A stretch of 63,988 bases of DNA, counting the filler, from Saprolegnia diclina VS20 (lineage: Eukaryota): NCBI RefSeq assembly GCF_000281045.1. It is 7 parts of 2 records of this genome, joined end to end, with 100 filler letters (N's around TTAATTAATTAA, not from the genome) between each part and the next. Parts side by side here need not be neighbours in the genome. Positions count along the whole stretch, not along the records: positions 26,678 to 44,430 come from NW_008246068.1; 6 more parts are not named here. The stretch is one strand, 5' to 3'. Shown here piece after piece: positions 31,829 through 44,530 of this stretch. The stretch's first letter is position 1. The number at the start of each line of letters is the position of its first letter. The notes under the pieces are model-generated. The model was not told the DNA's origin and searched no databases. It saw nothing but the letters and a program-made list of their open reading frames with translations. The position numbers were made by a program, and so were the translations under genes.

Positions 31829-33522
31829 CTAGACGGGCTGGCCGGCGAGGCGGAGGCGCTTCTGGACGAGGAGCACGGCCATGCCCCAGAGCAGGACAGT
31901 CCAGACCATCCACAGCAGCGGGAAGAGGAGCGAGTCCATGAGGCCTTTCCGGTCCTGGACGCAGTCGGGGTTCAAGATGATTTTGCCGCCGACTTCGATG
32001 CTGCCGCAGTCGGGCGCGAGCGCATCTTTGAGCGCACCGAGGAGAATGGGCGATGGTACGTCCCCAAACACGTGGATCAGCAGCGTGTTGACCGCGACGG
32101 CGAGCGCGCGGCGCGACGGCGAGACGCTGAGGAGCACTGCGATCGCCGTGCAGGACGTCGTACCAAAGAGAAAGACGAGCGCAATACCAAAGAGCACGAG
32201 GAACCAGAGCTTGGACGGGAGCGACGCCCACGCAATGAGCGACAAGCACGTACCCGCGACCATGAAGAGGAACATTTGGCGGAGCGCCATGTACTGCCGC
32301 ATGGCCACGTTGGACCCGAGGTTGCGGCACGTGTAGTCGAGGATGAGGCCGCCGACCGGCGTCCCAATCGTGCCCGCCAGCACTAGTACATAAGAGCTAC
32401 GTCGATGTACGAGCAGGCAAGATGAGCGTACCGACGACCGAGCCAAAGACAACGGACGCGTGCGTCTCCTTCTCAAAGAGGCCGAGTCCGATGAGAAACA
32501 TAGGACCAAAGACACTGAGACCGGCGAGCGAGAACGTGAACGCGGCCGACCCGAGCACGACGAGCACGAAGACGGCGTTGTTGCTGACGGCAAAGGCCTC
32601 GTGGAAAAAGTTGGCCGGCGCCTCGAGCGTCGTCGAAGTTGAAGTTGCGGAGGGCACACTATTTGCGCCAGCATCGAGTGAGGTCGACGGCGACGTCTTG
32701 GCTTTGATTAACCGGCTGTGGTCTTCGAGGTCGTCGACGTGGGAGGTTGATGCGTCGTGCGTCATCGTCGCCTCGTCATCGTCACCGTCGTGGTGATCGT
32801 CGTCGTCGGACGGCCGGTGGACTTGGTGGTTGCCCGGGCGGTCGTACTTGGCAGGAATGCAGCAGAGCGCAATGAGCGCGAGCGGCGCCATGAGGAAGGC
32901 CTCGACGTAGAACGCCCAGCCCCACCCAAGGTTCGAGTCGGCAAAGAGCGCACCGTACTCGTACCCGACGGCGGTCCCGACCTACGCCATAGCCTCAGAT
33001 CGAGATCCATCACATGCCACGTACCGAGATGCAGGCGAAGAAGACGCCAAGCCAGAGCGTCCGCGTTGCGGGCGGCGCATAGTCGTCAATGAAAGGTGGT
33101 GCAATGCATTGGAAGCTCGACTCGCCAATGCCACTGAGGATACGCCCGGCGAGGAGCACGTAAAAGCTGTTGGTTTGCTTGGCAGCGCCGCAGACGAGCA
33201 CGGCGACGCACCACACGAGGAGGCCGACGCCGACGAGGCGAAAGGGCTTCATAAAGATCGAGAGATAGCCAAAGAGGAGGATGAACCCGGCGTAGCTCGC
33301 GATGAAGCTCGACGCGAGGAGGCCGAGGTAGAAGCTCTCTTGGCCGACCGTGATGTTCATCGTGGCCTTGATAAAGTACTGGAACTGCGTCGGCGCGCCG
33401 GGGATGATACCGCGGTCGACGTAGTTGAGCAGGTTGATGAGGCAGAAGAGGAAGAAGATCCACGTCGTCGTCGCGCTCGACGGCCGGCCGACCACGACCG
33501 TCTTGACCTTGGCCATTGGCAT
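31829..33522 (-). CDS. Spinster-like MFS transporter (multi-exon)
   Basis: INLLNYVDRG, GRILSGIGESSFQCIAPPFIDD, IHVFGDVPSPILLG; multiple TM helices. Confidence 0.88.
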
Positions 33523-33956
33523 CAACTGTGGTGTTTCTTCGACTGTTGTTTACGGAAAAAAACACCTTGCGCACGTGGCTTTCTAGTGTATAAAACACCG
33601 CCAAAAATTGCCACTGTTTGAAACACTTCCGAACAAGATCAAGATCGGCGGGATGGGCGCAGCAGCAAGTCAGCAGGTCGCACTCGGGCAAGGCAGGCAT
33701 CTGCAGTTCGACACAAAAACCAAAGACAATAGTTTATCGCTAGTAGCAGTATATAACATTGGTAGCTACATGCCTCCTGTCCAACGACCCACCGCCTTTG
33801 CGATCCCTGCAGTATGGATGCTGGGTGCGAGCGACCATGGCGACAGGTGGCAGCACGTTCAAGTAGCTTCGGTCGCCGGCAACCTCCCGCGTCGAGCTCT
33901 CGCGTCGCTGCAGCGGCAATGACAGGCTCGTCGGTCATAATGGAAAACGCCTAGTC

Positions 33957-36900
33957 CTAGTCGGACAAGAGCAGCCGGGCGTGGCTGGCCAGGCCGTGGA
34001 GCTCGGCGCAGGCGGCGCGACGCTTTTGTGCAATGTCATCGGCGCGCAAGACGCCATGCAGCGTCCGCGCCAGCACGCCTGCAACGGCCATATCGATGCC
34101 GCCGTCCAAGCGCCGATGGGCGCGGACAAGCGCATGGTGCAGGCCCGCACTGGCCTTGCGCCGCGTCGGTGCAAACGTTGCCAGCACATGGGCGGTGCGC
34201 GCCGTGAGCATTTGCGTCGCCGCCGCACGGGCCGCCACCTTCTTGTCGGCGTGGTGGCGCCATAGCCGCAGGAGACTTGTCGCTGTCACTTGGCGTAGGC
34301 GAAAGCGCGCGGTATGCAGCACGGCCACGCGTTGCTGTGCCAAGGTACCGCATCGCGCCAACGCGCGGGCCGCATCGCGCTGACGGTGGGCAAAGAGTTG
34401 GCGCTTGGCATGGGCGCCCCACGCCGTCCAGCAACATTGGTTGGCCGCCGTAAAATGGTCTGCGTGCACGAGACGCTGGCGCTCGAGCTTGGCTTCGACG
34501 TCGCGTGGCGGGATCTTTTCTTTCACAACGTCAAAGAGTAGAGTGAGCGAGGCGTAGCGTAGCGTCCACGCGACAGAGACCAGGGCCTCGACCGACGCCG
34601 ACTTGTCCAGAAACCACTTGCGCAGCGTAAGCAGCGCATTTAGCACGTCGCTGCCTTTTGAAAGCGTCTGTGTCGGAAGCGCGAGCACTTTTTCAACCAA
34701 TCGATGCGTCGCGTCCGAGGTGGCAAGGAGGCGGTCGGACGCCTCGTAGAGCGCCCAGAGCTCTGCCGTTGCGTCCGGCGACGACGACGTCGTGATCCAC
34801 CGCGCCTTCATCGCCGGCGATGCGTTCTGAAGCAGTAGGATCAGCATGCGCATGTTGACCGAGAGGCCGCCGGGGCACTTGTGCTCATAGAACGTGTCGT
34901 CGGTGGGAAACGTCCCGTCCATGTCGAGCGGGTGGACGCAGGCAAAGCGCGGCGGATACGTGCGTCGAAATTCGTGTAGCGCTGCGTACCGCGCGTCGGC
35001 AACTGCCGCCACGACCGCCTCGTGCGACGCGGCGTCGAGCGCGTCCGGTACAGACAGAGTGTACTTGAAAAGCGATATTTTGGACATTGCGCGCTTGACC
35101 TTGGCCTCCCGCTGCAGCCGCATTTGGCCCTCCTTCGTCTGCACCAGCGCATGGTGCGTGGTCACGGCAAGCTCTTGGCCGCGCAAGATGGCCGCCGACT
35201 CCATGCGTCGCCGCCGCACCTCGGCGGCCATCGGAAGCGCTCGGTTGCGCGCGACGGCAAAGTCGACGTAGGCATTGATCGCGGCTTGTCGCGCGGCCGA
35301 CGCGACGGCTCGGACATTGCGCCGGACGGCGAGACTCTTGCCAAAGGCTTGGAGGCGGCGGATCGCCTGCACCTTGGTGCGTTTCCTATCCGGATACGAA
35401 TACGTGGCATCCCCACGTGCGTTTTGTTTGACAAACAAGATCTTACACACGGGCCGTTTGGCGGGCAGACGTGACGCGCCGCCACGTGGCTTGAAGGCGC
35501 GTGCACGCACGGTGCTCTAAACGAGCGCGTCGTCGGTCTAGCACCGCGTGTTGCCATCCGCGAAAGTAGTAGCCTCTTGCTTGGACGACCGCAGCCGCAA
35601 AGAGCCGCTCAGCACGCGTGCGCTGCCACGTGTAGTGCCGCCACGCACCAAAGACTGTGCGGCGTACCGAGCTCCAGAAGCGCGCGAGCTTTGCTTTGAT
35701 CTTTGCGTTTTTTGCATCGCGGCAGGTCATTGCGTGGCGGTACCACTGGTGGAACGTCCGTTCTTGGAGCGACGCGCAAAAGGCGGCCATGATACGGCGG
35801 ACGCGGCATGCGCGGTCGGCGACACTGCGCCAGCCGCGCACGAGGCGTCGCATCAGCCGCAGCATGGCCACGTGGTACGAGCACAGGATCGGAACATACC
35901 GGCGCCGGACGCATTGGCCGCGCCGAAGTGCCTGGAAAATCGCGGCCGCGCGGTGCTTTCTGGCGACGCGACGGGGTCCGTAGACGCTGTAAAAGGCTTC
36001 GACACGACGCGTCGCAGCGCGGAGTCGCTGTGCGTAGAGACGTCCGGGGCGGCTGGTCGCGTTGAAATCGTCTTCGAGGAGTGGTTTGTACCGGAGTGCA
36101 GCGTCGACGTACGCAATGTAGTCGGCTTTGCGCTCGATCGCGTCGTTGTACGCGGCGTGGAGTGTGCTCAAATGGTCTTCGCGCGCCAGATGCCACTGCT
36201 CCCGGTGCAAGTGCGCCTCCGCCTCGAGCGATGTAAGCTGCGCTTGTGTGCGGCGCTCGGCCGCGAGCGCTTGGTCAGCGCGGCGAATGTGGGCGTCGCC
36301 AAATGCGGTCTTTGGGAGGTGGAAGAGCCGGAGGTGCTTGGTGGTGTTGGCGAGCGCCAGGCCAAGCGCTGCCGGCCGCACGTAAATGGTCTCCATGGCC
36401 GCTTGTCGTTTTGCTTGGATCTCGCGCACGGAGGCGTCCAACATGGCGTGGACGGCAACGACGACATACGGGACGGGCAGCCTACGACACGACTGTGTGT
36501 CCATTTTGAAATTGCACTACACTGGGCTACCGAGCGCTAAGGGCTGTGTCCTGGAAGAGATGCACGCACTGCGCCGAGGTGGTGGCGGTCTGTTGCTGAA
36601 GGGTTTTCTCGAGTCGCTCGAGCTGCGCGAGTCGGTGCGCCGGCACAAGCGCAAAGCCGTTGGATACTGTCGACAAAGTAGCGGACGATGACGTCGGTAG
36701 CGTCAGCGGGTGGCAGTGAGCAGCTGCCAGTGCAACCTCGGTCGCCTCGATCTCGTCTTGGTTCATGTGGGCGAGCGGCGCAGCAAGCGCGGGTACGCTA
36801 AACATGCGCGGGTTGTGCGCGTACAAGGACGAGAGAAGGTGCTCTTGCTTGGGATGCGACGCGGCCCACCACACTTGCTGAATCGAGGCGTGCGGAGTGC

Positions 36901-37123
36901 GGAAAGCCTCGAGCGGCGAGCTAGCGCAGCGACAGATTAGGATATGAATTGATTCAAAACGGAGGCACCGTACAGAACGGACGGCGATCGCGGTTTGTGG
37001 CGGCGGTGCGGTAGCGCGGCCGCCATCATGGACGGGTACGGCCGCGACTTGCCGGTGCTCTCGTCGCGCCCACGCTTGCTGCCCATGCTCACCTCCGCCA
37101 AGCGTTACGCGTTTCGGCTCCAT
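33957..37123 (-). CDS. Large helical protein with IQ-like and Sfi1-like (F-x2-W) repeats (multi-exon)
   Basis: ORFs 36527..37231, 35443..36504 and 33957..35510. AAAIFQALRRGQCVR and ACTRLQATWR IQ-like motifs; TFHQW, VFGAW and YFRGW about 23-30 aa apart. Confidence 0.5.
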
Positions 37124-37334
37124 GACAAGTTGTCCATAGTATCCTTCGAGGTACACGTATAGCGTCAACCTCGGCTCGTTCCTAGTCGCCCTCTTGGCAC
37201 TAGGTATGGTTCTGTTGACCAGGAAGAGCACCGCAGGCGGTACATAACACGGTCCGCGAGTACTATCGTTGCAGGGACTGTATCAAACAACTAGACGTTG
37301 GTTGTCCAAAAACTAAATTCAAAATCACACAACC

Positions 37335-39361
37335 CTACGCCTTCTTGTTGGGGAAGGACGCGACGATCTCGGCAAACGGGTGGGGGCCCGTAAAATCGTC
37401 ATGGTGCTGCTTGCGCGTCGACGACGTGAGCAGCGAGTAGTCAAAGGCCGGGTACGTGGCCTTGTTGGCTGCATACGACCGGTCGTCCCAGGCAATGTCA
37501 AACGAGTTGACAAAGAACTGACCAAATTGCGTCGAGTACCGGCGCACTAGGTGGCATAGCTCCATACGATCGCCACGCTGAGCCATGAAGGACGTACCTG
37601 CGTCGTACGAGATGAAGTAGAAGCCACAGCGGTCCGTGTCATTCTCAAGCACTGTCTTGGGTCTGCAGACAACAGCATAAGTCATAATACACCGGCGACG
37701 ACTCACCGGAGCGTGCGTGCGAGCTGACTGTCCAGCATCGGGACGAGGCAGTAGTCGCGGGCGGTACCAGCCTTCGGGTTGTACTCCCACACGCACATGA
37801 GCGTCATGCGGTCGCCCCAGTCGGTCGTGTTGCGCACAAAGTACGTCGTGTCGGCGTTAACGAGACATTGCGAGCTGTCGGTGCAAGCGAGTTCGAGCGG
37901 CTGGACGTTCATCTTCGCAAACCCCTGCGTCGTCACCGAGAGGCAGTCTTCAATGCCCTTGTTGTACGACGTTGTGCCGTTGCTGCCCGGCGTCACGAGG
38001 AGCTCGTCGGCGTTGCCGCACATGTACCAGTTGGTCGGGCTAGACACACCACTGAGTCCCGGCGACACGTATAACCCTAGCCCTACTTATAGCTGTTGGG
38101 GCAGATCGTGCGCTCTTCCCAGTCCGAAATCTCCTACGCGTATACATGACAACTTGTACAAGGTAGAGGGCGGTACCTGGAGCCAGTACTTGAGCGTGTG
38201 GCTGCCCTGGCTCGGGCCGTCGGCCCACGAGTTTTTCAAAATGAAGCCGCCGACCTCGCCTTCATGGTTGAGGAACGCGTCGTTGTAGCCGACGAGGTGC
38301 ATCGCGTGGCCGCCTTCGTACGCCAAGCCGCGATGCGCGTAAAACTCGCCTTCCATGTTGGGGTTGCGGCTGCCCGGCGCGGGGACGCAGCACGTGGTCA
38401 TGGCCATGTCGCTCGGACATAAGGTGCACTTGTCGGACGTCAACTGGCAGTGCGGGTCCTTGAGAAACGGGCCAATGCAAGGGTAGTAGTGCAAGGACGT
38501 AGCGACGGGTGTCGAGAGCGCCATCGCCTTGTTTTGCCGAAACATCTCGCGCTTGATGGTCAAGTCGTCGTAGTACGTGTCCATTGAGCGAACGTCAAAC
38601 TTGATCGGGTTCGTCGCCAGCGCCGCGTCGAGGCCGGGACACACCGAGTTGTTGCCATCGTGGATCGTGTACGGGCACACGGAGATGGGCAGCACCGACT
38701 CTTTGAGGCCTTCCTTGAGGTAGTAGACGTCGTAGTTCTCGCCGCCTTCGGTCGTTTGGTTCCAAATCTGTGCAATCAGAAAATGAGATCATAGTGTGCG
38801 AGAAAGGACGCTTTACAAAATCGCCACCGACGCGGCAGTCCTTTTGCTGCGGCGAGTTGGCCTCGCCCGTGCAGAGCTTCATGATCTCGATGCCATACGC
38901 CTGTATGCAACCTTGAGCACAAATCGAAGCGGACGAAGATGGAGGATTGTTTGTACCTGCTCGGAGAACGCCACGTACTCGTCCGGCGCGAGCCAGCCGT
39001 TGCGCACGCCGTGTTCGCGGTACGACCACTCCAAGAGCGCAATGGTCGAAAAGTCCCAGCACGTGCCCCGGCGAGCTTGGTCCTGGCGCGGCGTGACATA
39101 CTGAACGGCAAACTTGGGCGGGAGCGACGCGACCGAGAGTTGCTGGGCGGCTTGGGCCGCCTGGACCGACCGCAGTTGCGTGAGCGAGTCATTGACGCGG
39201 CTGCCGACGAGCACGATGCCGCCGAGGACGAGCACGTTGACGCCAATGAAGGCGCCGCCGGCAACCCACGTCCAGCGCGAGAAGCGCGGGGTGCGGCGTG
39301 GGCTGACTTGGATCAGCCCCTCTTCCGAGCCATACTTGAGCGGGACGCGTGCGGTGGCCAT
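37335..39361 (-). CDS. Papain-family (C1A) cysteine protease with N-terminal membrane anchor (multi-exon)
   Basis: QDQARRGTCWDFS (oxyanion Gln, catalytic Cys), GGHAMHLVGYND (His), ILKNSW (Asn); TM WVAGGAFIGVNVLVLGGIVLVG. Confidence 0.85.
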
Positions 39362-40095
39362 GTTGTTGTCGGTGCTGGCAAAATGCAAACTGAGCGAAGA
39401 AGATCGCAATGTTGGCAGAGAAGCCAAGTGGAGTCAACAGGTGCAGCGTGGTGGCGAGAGAAGTGAGTAAACGAAGCCACGACTTGTCTGAGTACAGCTG
39501 GAGCGCATCGCGCTCGGCGTTTGCTGCCCACACGAAGGCGTCGACCGTGCCATCACACAGTGGGATTTTCGTTTGGTATTTGTTGAAGTCGATGTTGAAG
39601 TGCAGCGGCGAGACTGCCCATGGAAGCTCGGACAGAGTCGGTGCTTCGAAGTAGCTGCCGTCGCCGACGCGCGCCTTGATCGTGCTTGACGTCACCGCAG
39701 CGACTGCAACGAGCTTGCGCCGTAGCCACTCGTGGGCTCGAGCTGATCTCATTCATCTGGGTGCGTGCGACACGGGCGGAGAACGCACCGTCGTCCGCGC
39801 AAGTGGCCAAGTTCGCGTCCGCAGTGACCTCCAACGACTCCACTGGCAGGCGTGCAGGATATAGCCACTGCTAAGTGCTACCATAATGGTCTCGTTGATT
39901 CAAGGTCTCAAGGTGGCGGCTGCAAGGCGAGCCCACATCGATTCATCCCGCCGGCGCCTTTTCATTGCTACGCGTTGAAAGCAGCTTGTCGAGCGCCAAG
40001 TCCGCAAGAATCTTCCGGCGGCGGATCCGGATACACGTTATCCGGACTTGCCACATACGGCTTGGGATCATTTTCGAATTGCGCAATCTTCCAGC

Positions 40096-41427
40096 ATGAG
40101 CGGCCCGTTGCGCATCGGTATGTTTGGCTGCGGCACGGTCGGCGGTGGCGTCTTTGAGATCTTAACCTCGCGCCTCCAGTACCTCCGCAGCGTCGGCGTC
40201 GACGCCACGGTCGCTGCCGTCTGCGTCCGCAACACGGCCAACCCGGCGCTCAAGTCGCTCCTCGCTGGGCATGCGACCACGGTCACGTCCAAGTACGACG
40301 ACATCCTCGAGGACCCATCGATCAACTGCGTGATTGAGCTCATGGGCGGCGTCACGGACGCGAAGGACGTTGTCTTCAAGGCGATCGCCAAGAACAAGCA
40401 CGTGATCACGGCCAACAAGGCGCTTATCGCCAACTTTATGCCCGACCTCACGGCGCTCCTTGCCGCGCACCCGAGCGTGCGCTTTGGCTACGAAGCCTCG
40501 GTGTGCGGCGGCATCCCGATCATCCACACGCTCCAGAGCTCGTACACGGGCGATGGCATCCAAGAGATTGCTGGCATCATGAACGGCACGACCAACTACA
40601 TGCTCTCCAAGGTACATTTCCTCTTCTTCTGGACGTGATAGACTCCTGCTTTATGACCTTAGATGGAGAAGGAAGGTGCGTCGTACGATGCAGTCCTCAA
40701 GGAGGCGCAGGACTTGGGGTTTGCCGAGGCCAACCCGAGCGCCGACGTCGACGGCTACGACGTCCAAGCCAAGATTGCGATCCTCGCCAAGCTCGGCTTT
40801 GGTTGCCACGTCGCGCCGGCCAGCATCCCGACCACGGGCATCACGCGCATCAAGACGATCGATTTCGAGTACGCCAAGCTCATGGGCGCGACGATCAAGC
40901 TCCTCGGTATCGCAAAACAGTCGAGCGCCGACGCGATCTCGGTGTTTGTGTCGCCTGTCGTCGTGCCCACGACCAACGTCATTGGTACGGTCCACGGCGC
41001 GAGCAACATTGTCAACATTGTCTCGGCCAACTGCATCAACGGCGCGTACGTGGGCCAGGGCGCTGGCCGCTTCCCGACTGCCAACTCGGTCGTCAACGAC
41101 ATTGTGCGGCTTGCGCAGACGGTCGTGCCCGTCCCTGCGTTTGGCAGCAACCGCAACGTCTCGATCCAAAACGACTACGAAGGCCGGTTCTATGTGCGCG
41201 TGCGGCTCGCGGACGGTCTTGGCATTGTCCGCCTCATTGGCACGCACGCCGAAGAGGCCGGCATCTCGATCGACTCGATCCTGCAGCTCCCGATCACGGA
41301 CCGCAACAACGTCGACACGGTCGTGACAACCGACCTCGCCAAGGTGTCGCAGGTCCAGCACATGTGCGACGCGCTCGCCAAGCTGCCGTTCGTCCAGGAG
41401 ACGCCGCTCTTCCTCCCGATCTTGTAA
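40096..41427 (+). CDS. hom: Homoserine dehydrogenase with C-terminal ACT domain
   Basis: GCGTVGGG, ELMGG, VITANKAL, YEASVCGGIPII, GIMNGTTNYML, GFAEANPSADVDGYD, GQGAGRFPTANSV; one intron 40612-40662. Confidence 0.95.
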
Positions 41428-42652
41428 TACTACTACTACAAAGACGATGCGTCTGACATGGTTGCGTCTACTATCTGCCACGTTGTTAGAAGCAACCGTG
41501 TCGTATCGCATACTAGAGCCGATGTGGCAGAACAGGTTTGTACCCGAGCCCTACCCTAACCCTACCTCAAGTCCGAAACCATAGCGAACCCTTCTTCGAG
41601 CCAAGACGCCACGCTGTCGGTGGTGCTAAAAAGACTTGGAACATGCGACCAACGAGTTGCGATGTATGGGAGCTGAGTGCCATACGCATTATATCTACCA
41701 CTGGATCACAGATGCGTTGGCATTTTGGTGTCTGTGTTTGCAAATACTCGATTTGGCTCAAAAGCTTTACTATTGCTGTTATCGTTAAGCTACCAAGGTA
41801 AGAAAGCACCTTAATAGTAGTGGTGGGAGGCGCAGATGGCACGGGTGTCGGCCCCGGAAACTCGCCGTCGACCTCGAGATTATCAGCGTCAGAAAATCGG
41901 GCTTGATGGTGCGCCAAGATTCTTTCGGCCGCGTAATCGTCGGGGGCGTACGAGAAGTCGGGCACCGGAAACAAGGTTTCGCACCGGGCGCTGTGTTGAT
42001 CTCCGTAGTCGCGGCCTTGACTTGAGTCGTCGCCGAGGCCTCGGTCGTCCGACGCTGCGTGGTTTTGGCCCCGGCCGTCGTTGCTGTGGCGCCCACCGCT
42101 GTGGGGCTCGCAGCTGCAATCTTGACGGGCTCCTTGCCCCGTTGCGTTGAGTTGGCGGTTTTCTTCTTCGCTTGGCGCGCGTCTTGCAACGCCACCGCGA
42201 TTTGCGCGATCCGCTCTTGAATAAACTCGTCCTCGCGAGCGACCATGACCTATGCAATATACACCTTCTAGCAACACGCAACCCACCCACCCAGATAGTC
42301 ATACCTTCGAGATGCACTTGCCGATGAGGTTGATCTTGATCTTCTTGCTTTTGCCGATGGGAAGGCCGAGCTTCGTGCACGTTCAATTGTCGGTCACTCA
42401 AGACCAAGCCGTGGGCTTGCGCAGTCGGGCGAAAAGCGCCTTGAGCTCTGCCGCCTAACAGTGTGTTGGCACGTGCGTTACAGTGATCGCGCGAATGCTT
42501 ACGTGATCTGGCGGCTTGTCGTGGCGAGCAGCCAATGGCGCTGGCGCGTGTTGAGGAGCGACTCCTTTCGCAGAAAGGCGCACTGCGTCGAGGGCTTGGC
42601 GTGGTCTTAGCCGTCGTGGGTGTGGGCGCCGCGTCTAGCGCGGGACGCTTCG

Positions 42653-42887
42653 TCTGTAGCGAGCATGAGGCGTGGACAAGAGGCGGGTGCATTATGTGTA
42701 CCTCGGTGACCTTGTCCTTGCGTGTTGTCGATCGTACTGCGGTGCTGGAAATCTGGTACTGAGGGGATTTGAACCCGGAGTTTGTATACCCTGCGTTTTC
42801 ACTTCGTTCGGCACCCAAAAGAATATAAACATATGTATGCCGCTACAAACCTCGACATGTATCGATCATGTGTTGCTCATCATCTAC
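42653..42887 (-). mobile_element. Dispersed repeat copy 2, SINE/tRNA-derived-like
   Basis: Reverse complement of 26343..26577; minus strand reads GGGTTCAAATCCCCTCAGTACCA. Confidence 0.55.
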
Positions 42888-43186
42888 AGTGAACGGCCCT
42901 GCATGAATGGGCCAAAGGACCTCAGATGCATTCTGGAAGGTTTTTGGCACCTTGACACCAAGGTTGGAAGCAAGTAATGCGCTACATCCTGGTGGGAAAG
43001 CGAAGATTTCGCGATACCCTTATAACAATAGAATAGTGTTAGATGCTCCCGCGACTCGCGATACCCTGCGATGTCAAACTGCATCGCTCTGAGGCATGAG
43101 CGGTAACGTTTTAGCGCCAAAACGGTCGTCGATTTGGGTGTGTTTAGCCTTTTCCGGAGTCATCCGGTTACCCGTCGCAGTCGGCA

Positions 43187-44017
43187 ATGGATTTTCGCAA
43201 GCTCCTGCGTGAGGCGAGAGCCGAGGCTGCCCGCGACCGCGCTGGCCGCCAAGATGTGGCGCCCGAGCGCCCGACGCCTGCTCTCGAGCAGCCTTTGACA
43301 GAGCAGCCGCTGCCGCCACCCTTTGACTTGGCGCCACGGTACGCCATGTCGACTCATCCCAGGTCTGTAGTTCGCTTGTGGTAGGCCTACGCTGTCGCTG
43401 CCAGCTCATGCCATTCAAGACGGTACCATCTACTACATTCCCAACTGGATTTCAGTCGAAGAAGAGCCCAGCGTCCTCGATCAAGTGCATGCAGCGGCGC
43501 CGTCCGCGTGGGTACAGCTCAAGTACCGGCGCCTGCAGGTCTGGGGTGGCAGCGTCACAACGACATACGAGCCGGAGCCACTGCCTCGCTGGCTGCAGGC
43601 GCTGTCGAGTGGCCTCGTGGAAGCCGGTGTCTTTGCGGCCAGCGAGACACCCAATCACGCGCTCATCAACGGTGGGTCCATGCGTCGTTTCTCTATCTTG
43701 GGCTCAAGCAATGTCCTGTAGACTATGCTCCTGGCGACGGCATCTTGCCGCACGAAGACGGCCCGATGTACTACCCGCTCGTAGCCATTCTGAGTGCGGG
43801 CGCATCTGGGCGCATGACGTTCCAGCGCCATCGTGAGACGACGCCAAACGATGTCCCGGTTCATTTGACGCTCGACCGACGCAGCCTCTTGGTCTTCACG
43901 GGCGAGGCGTACACCAAATACCTCCACAGCATCGACAACGTCGATGACGAGCACGGTGTCAACCATCGCATCTCGCTCACGATCCGCCACGTCCGTCCAC
44001 CGTCTACGGCGTGCTAA
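43187..44017 (+). CDS. ALKBH6: AlkB homolog 6-like Fe(II)/2OG dioxygenase (3 exons)
   Basis: IYYIPNWI, WVQLKYRRLQVWGG, PNHALIN|DY.PGDGILPHEDGPMYYP, RRSLLVF, YLHSI, RISLTIR. Confidence 0.9.
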
Positions 44018-44110
44018 GATGTGGCCTTCTTGGTTGTTTCTATCGCTTTGCTTCCCGGTTTTTCGAGCGCAGGTGCGAGTACTGGAAAGCCTTAAAAAAT
44101 TGCGTGTGGC

Positions 44111-44398
44111 CCAGGTGGTATTCAACGCACTGAACGCCATATTTGGCGCCAAAAATATTGTTTGAAAGGTCCTAAATACAAAAACTAATATTCTCCATCG
44201 CGTGATTGCATTGCGGTCAACTAACTTCTTGCCTACTTGCATCGATGCAGCGCAGGTAGCTAGTGCTACGGAGCATCGGCGATTGGTTTGAGTGCCAGGT
44301 CGTTTTCAACGCACTGAACGCCGTATTTGGCGCCAAAAATATTGTTTGAAAGGTCATGAATACAGAAACTAATATTCTCCATCGAGCGATCGCACTGC
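44111..44398 (+). repeat. Two ~105-bp direct repeats (44111-44214 and 44295-44398)
   Basis: Both read CCAGGT..TTCAACGCACTGAACGCC.TATTTGGCGCCAAAAATATTGTTTGAAAGGTC..AATACA.AAACTAATATTCTCCATCG..GAT.GCA.TGC. Confidence 0.85.
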
Positions 44399-44430
44399 TT
44401 TGGATTTGATTTGTGCAAACTAGCATCGAT

Positions 44431-44530
44431 NNNNNNNNNNNNNNNNNNNNNNNNNNNNNNNNNNNNNNNNNNNNTTAATTAATTAANNNNNNNNNNNNNN
44501 NNNNNNNNNNNNNNNNNNNNNNNNNNNNNN
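44431..44530. other. Artificial contig linker
   Basis: N44-TTAATTAATTAA-N44. Confidence 0.97.

Noticed and set aside
39474..39843. Possible small minus-strand gene upstream of the protease
   Set aside because: Coding-like stretch, but no consistent start, stop or splice model and no recognisable motif.
41567..42650. ORF-like region next to the dispersed repeat
   Set aside because: Interrupted frames, low complexity and no recognisable domain; cannot support a gene or transposase call.
43187..44017. ALKBH6 as part of a cluster with the BBOX-HD oxygenase
   Set aside because: About 31 kb away, across contig linkers, and a conserved housekeeping gene.
44111..44398. Repeat-spacer-repeat as a CRISPR array
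   Set aside because: Only two units, about 105 bp each, in a eukaryotic context with no cas genes.
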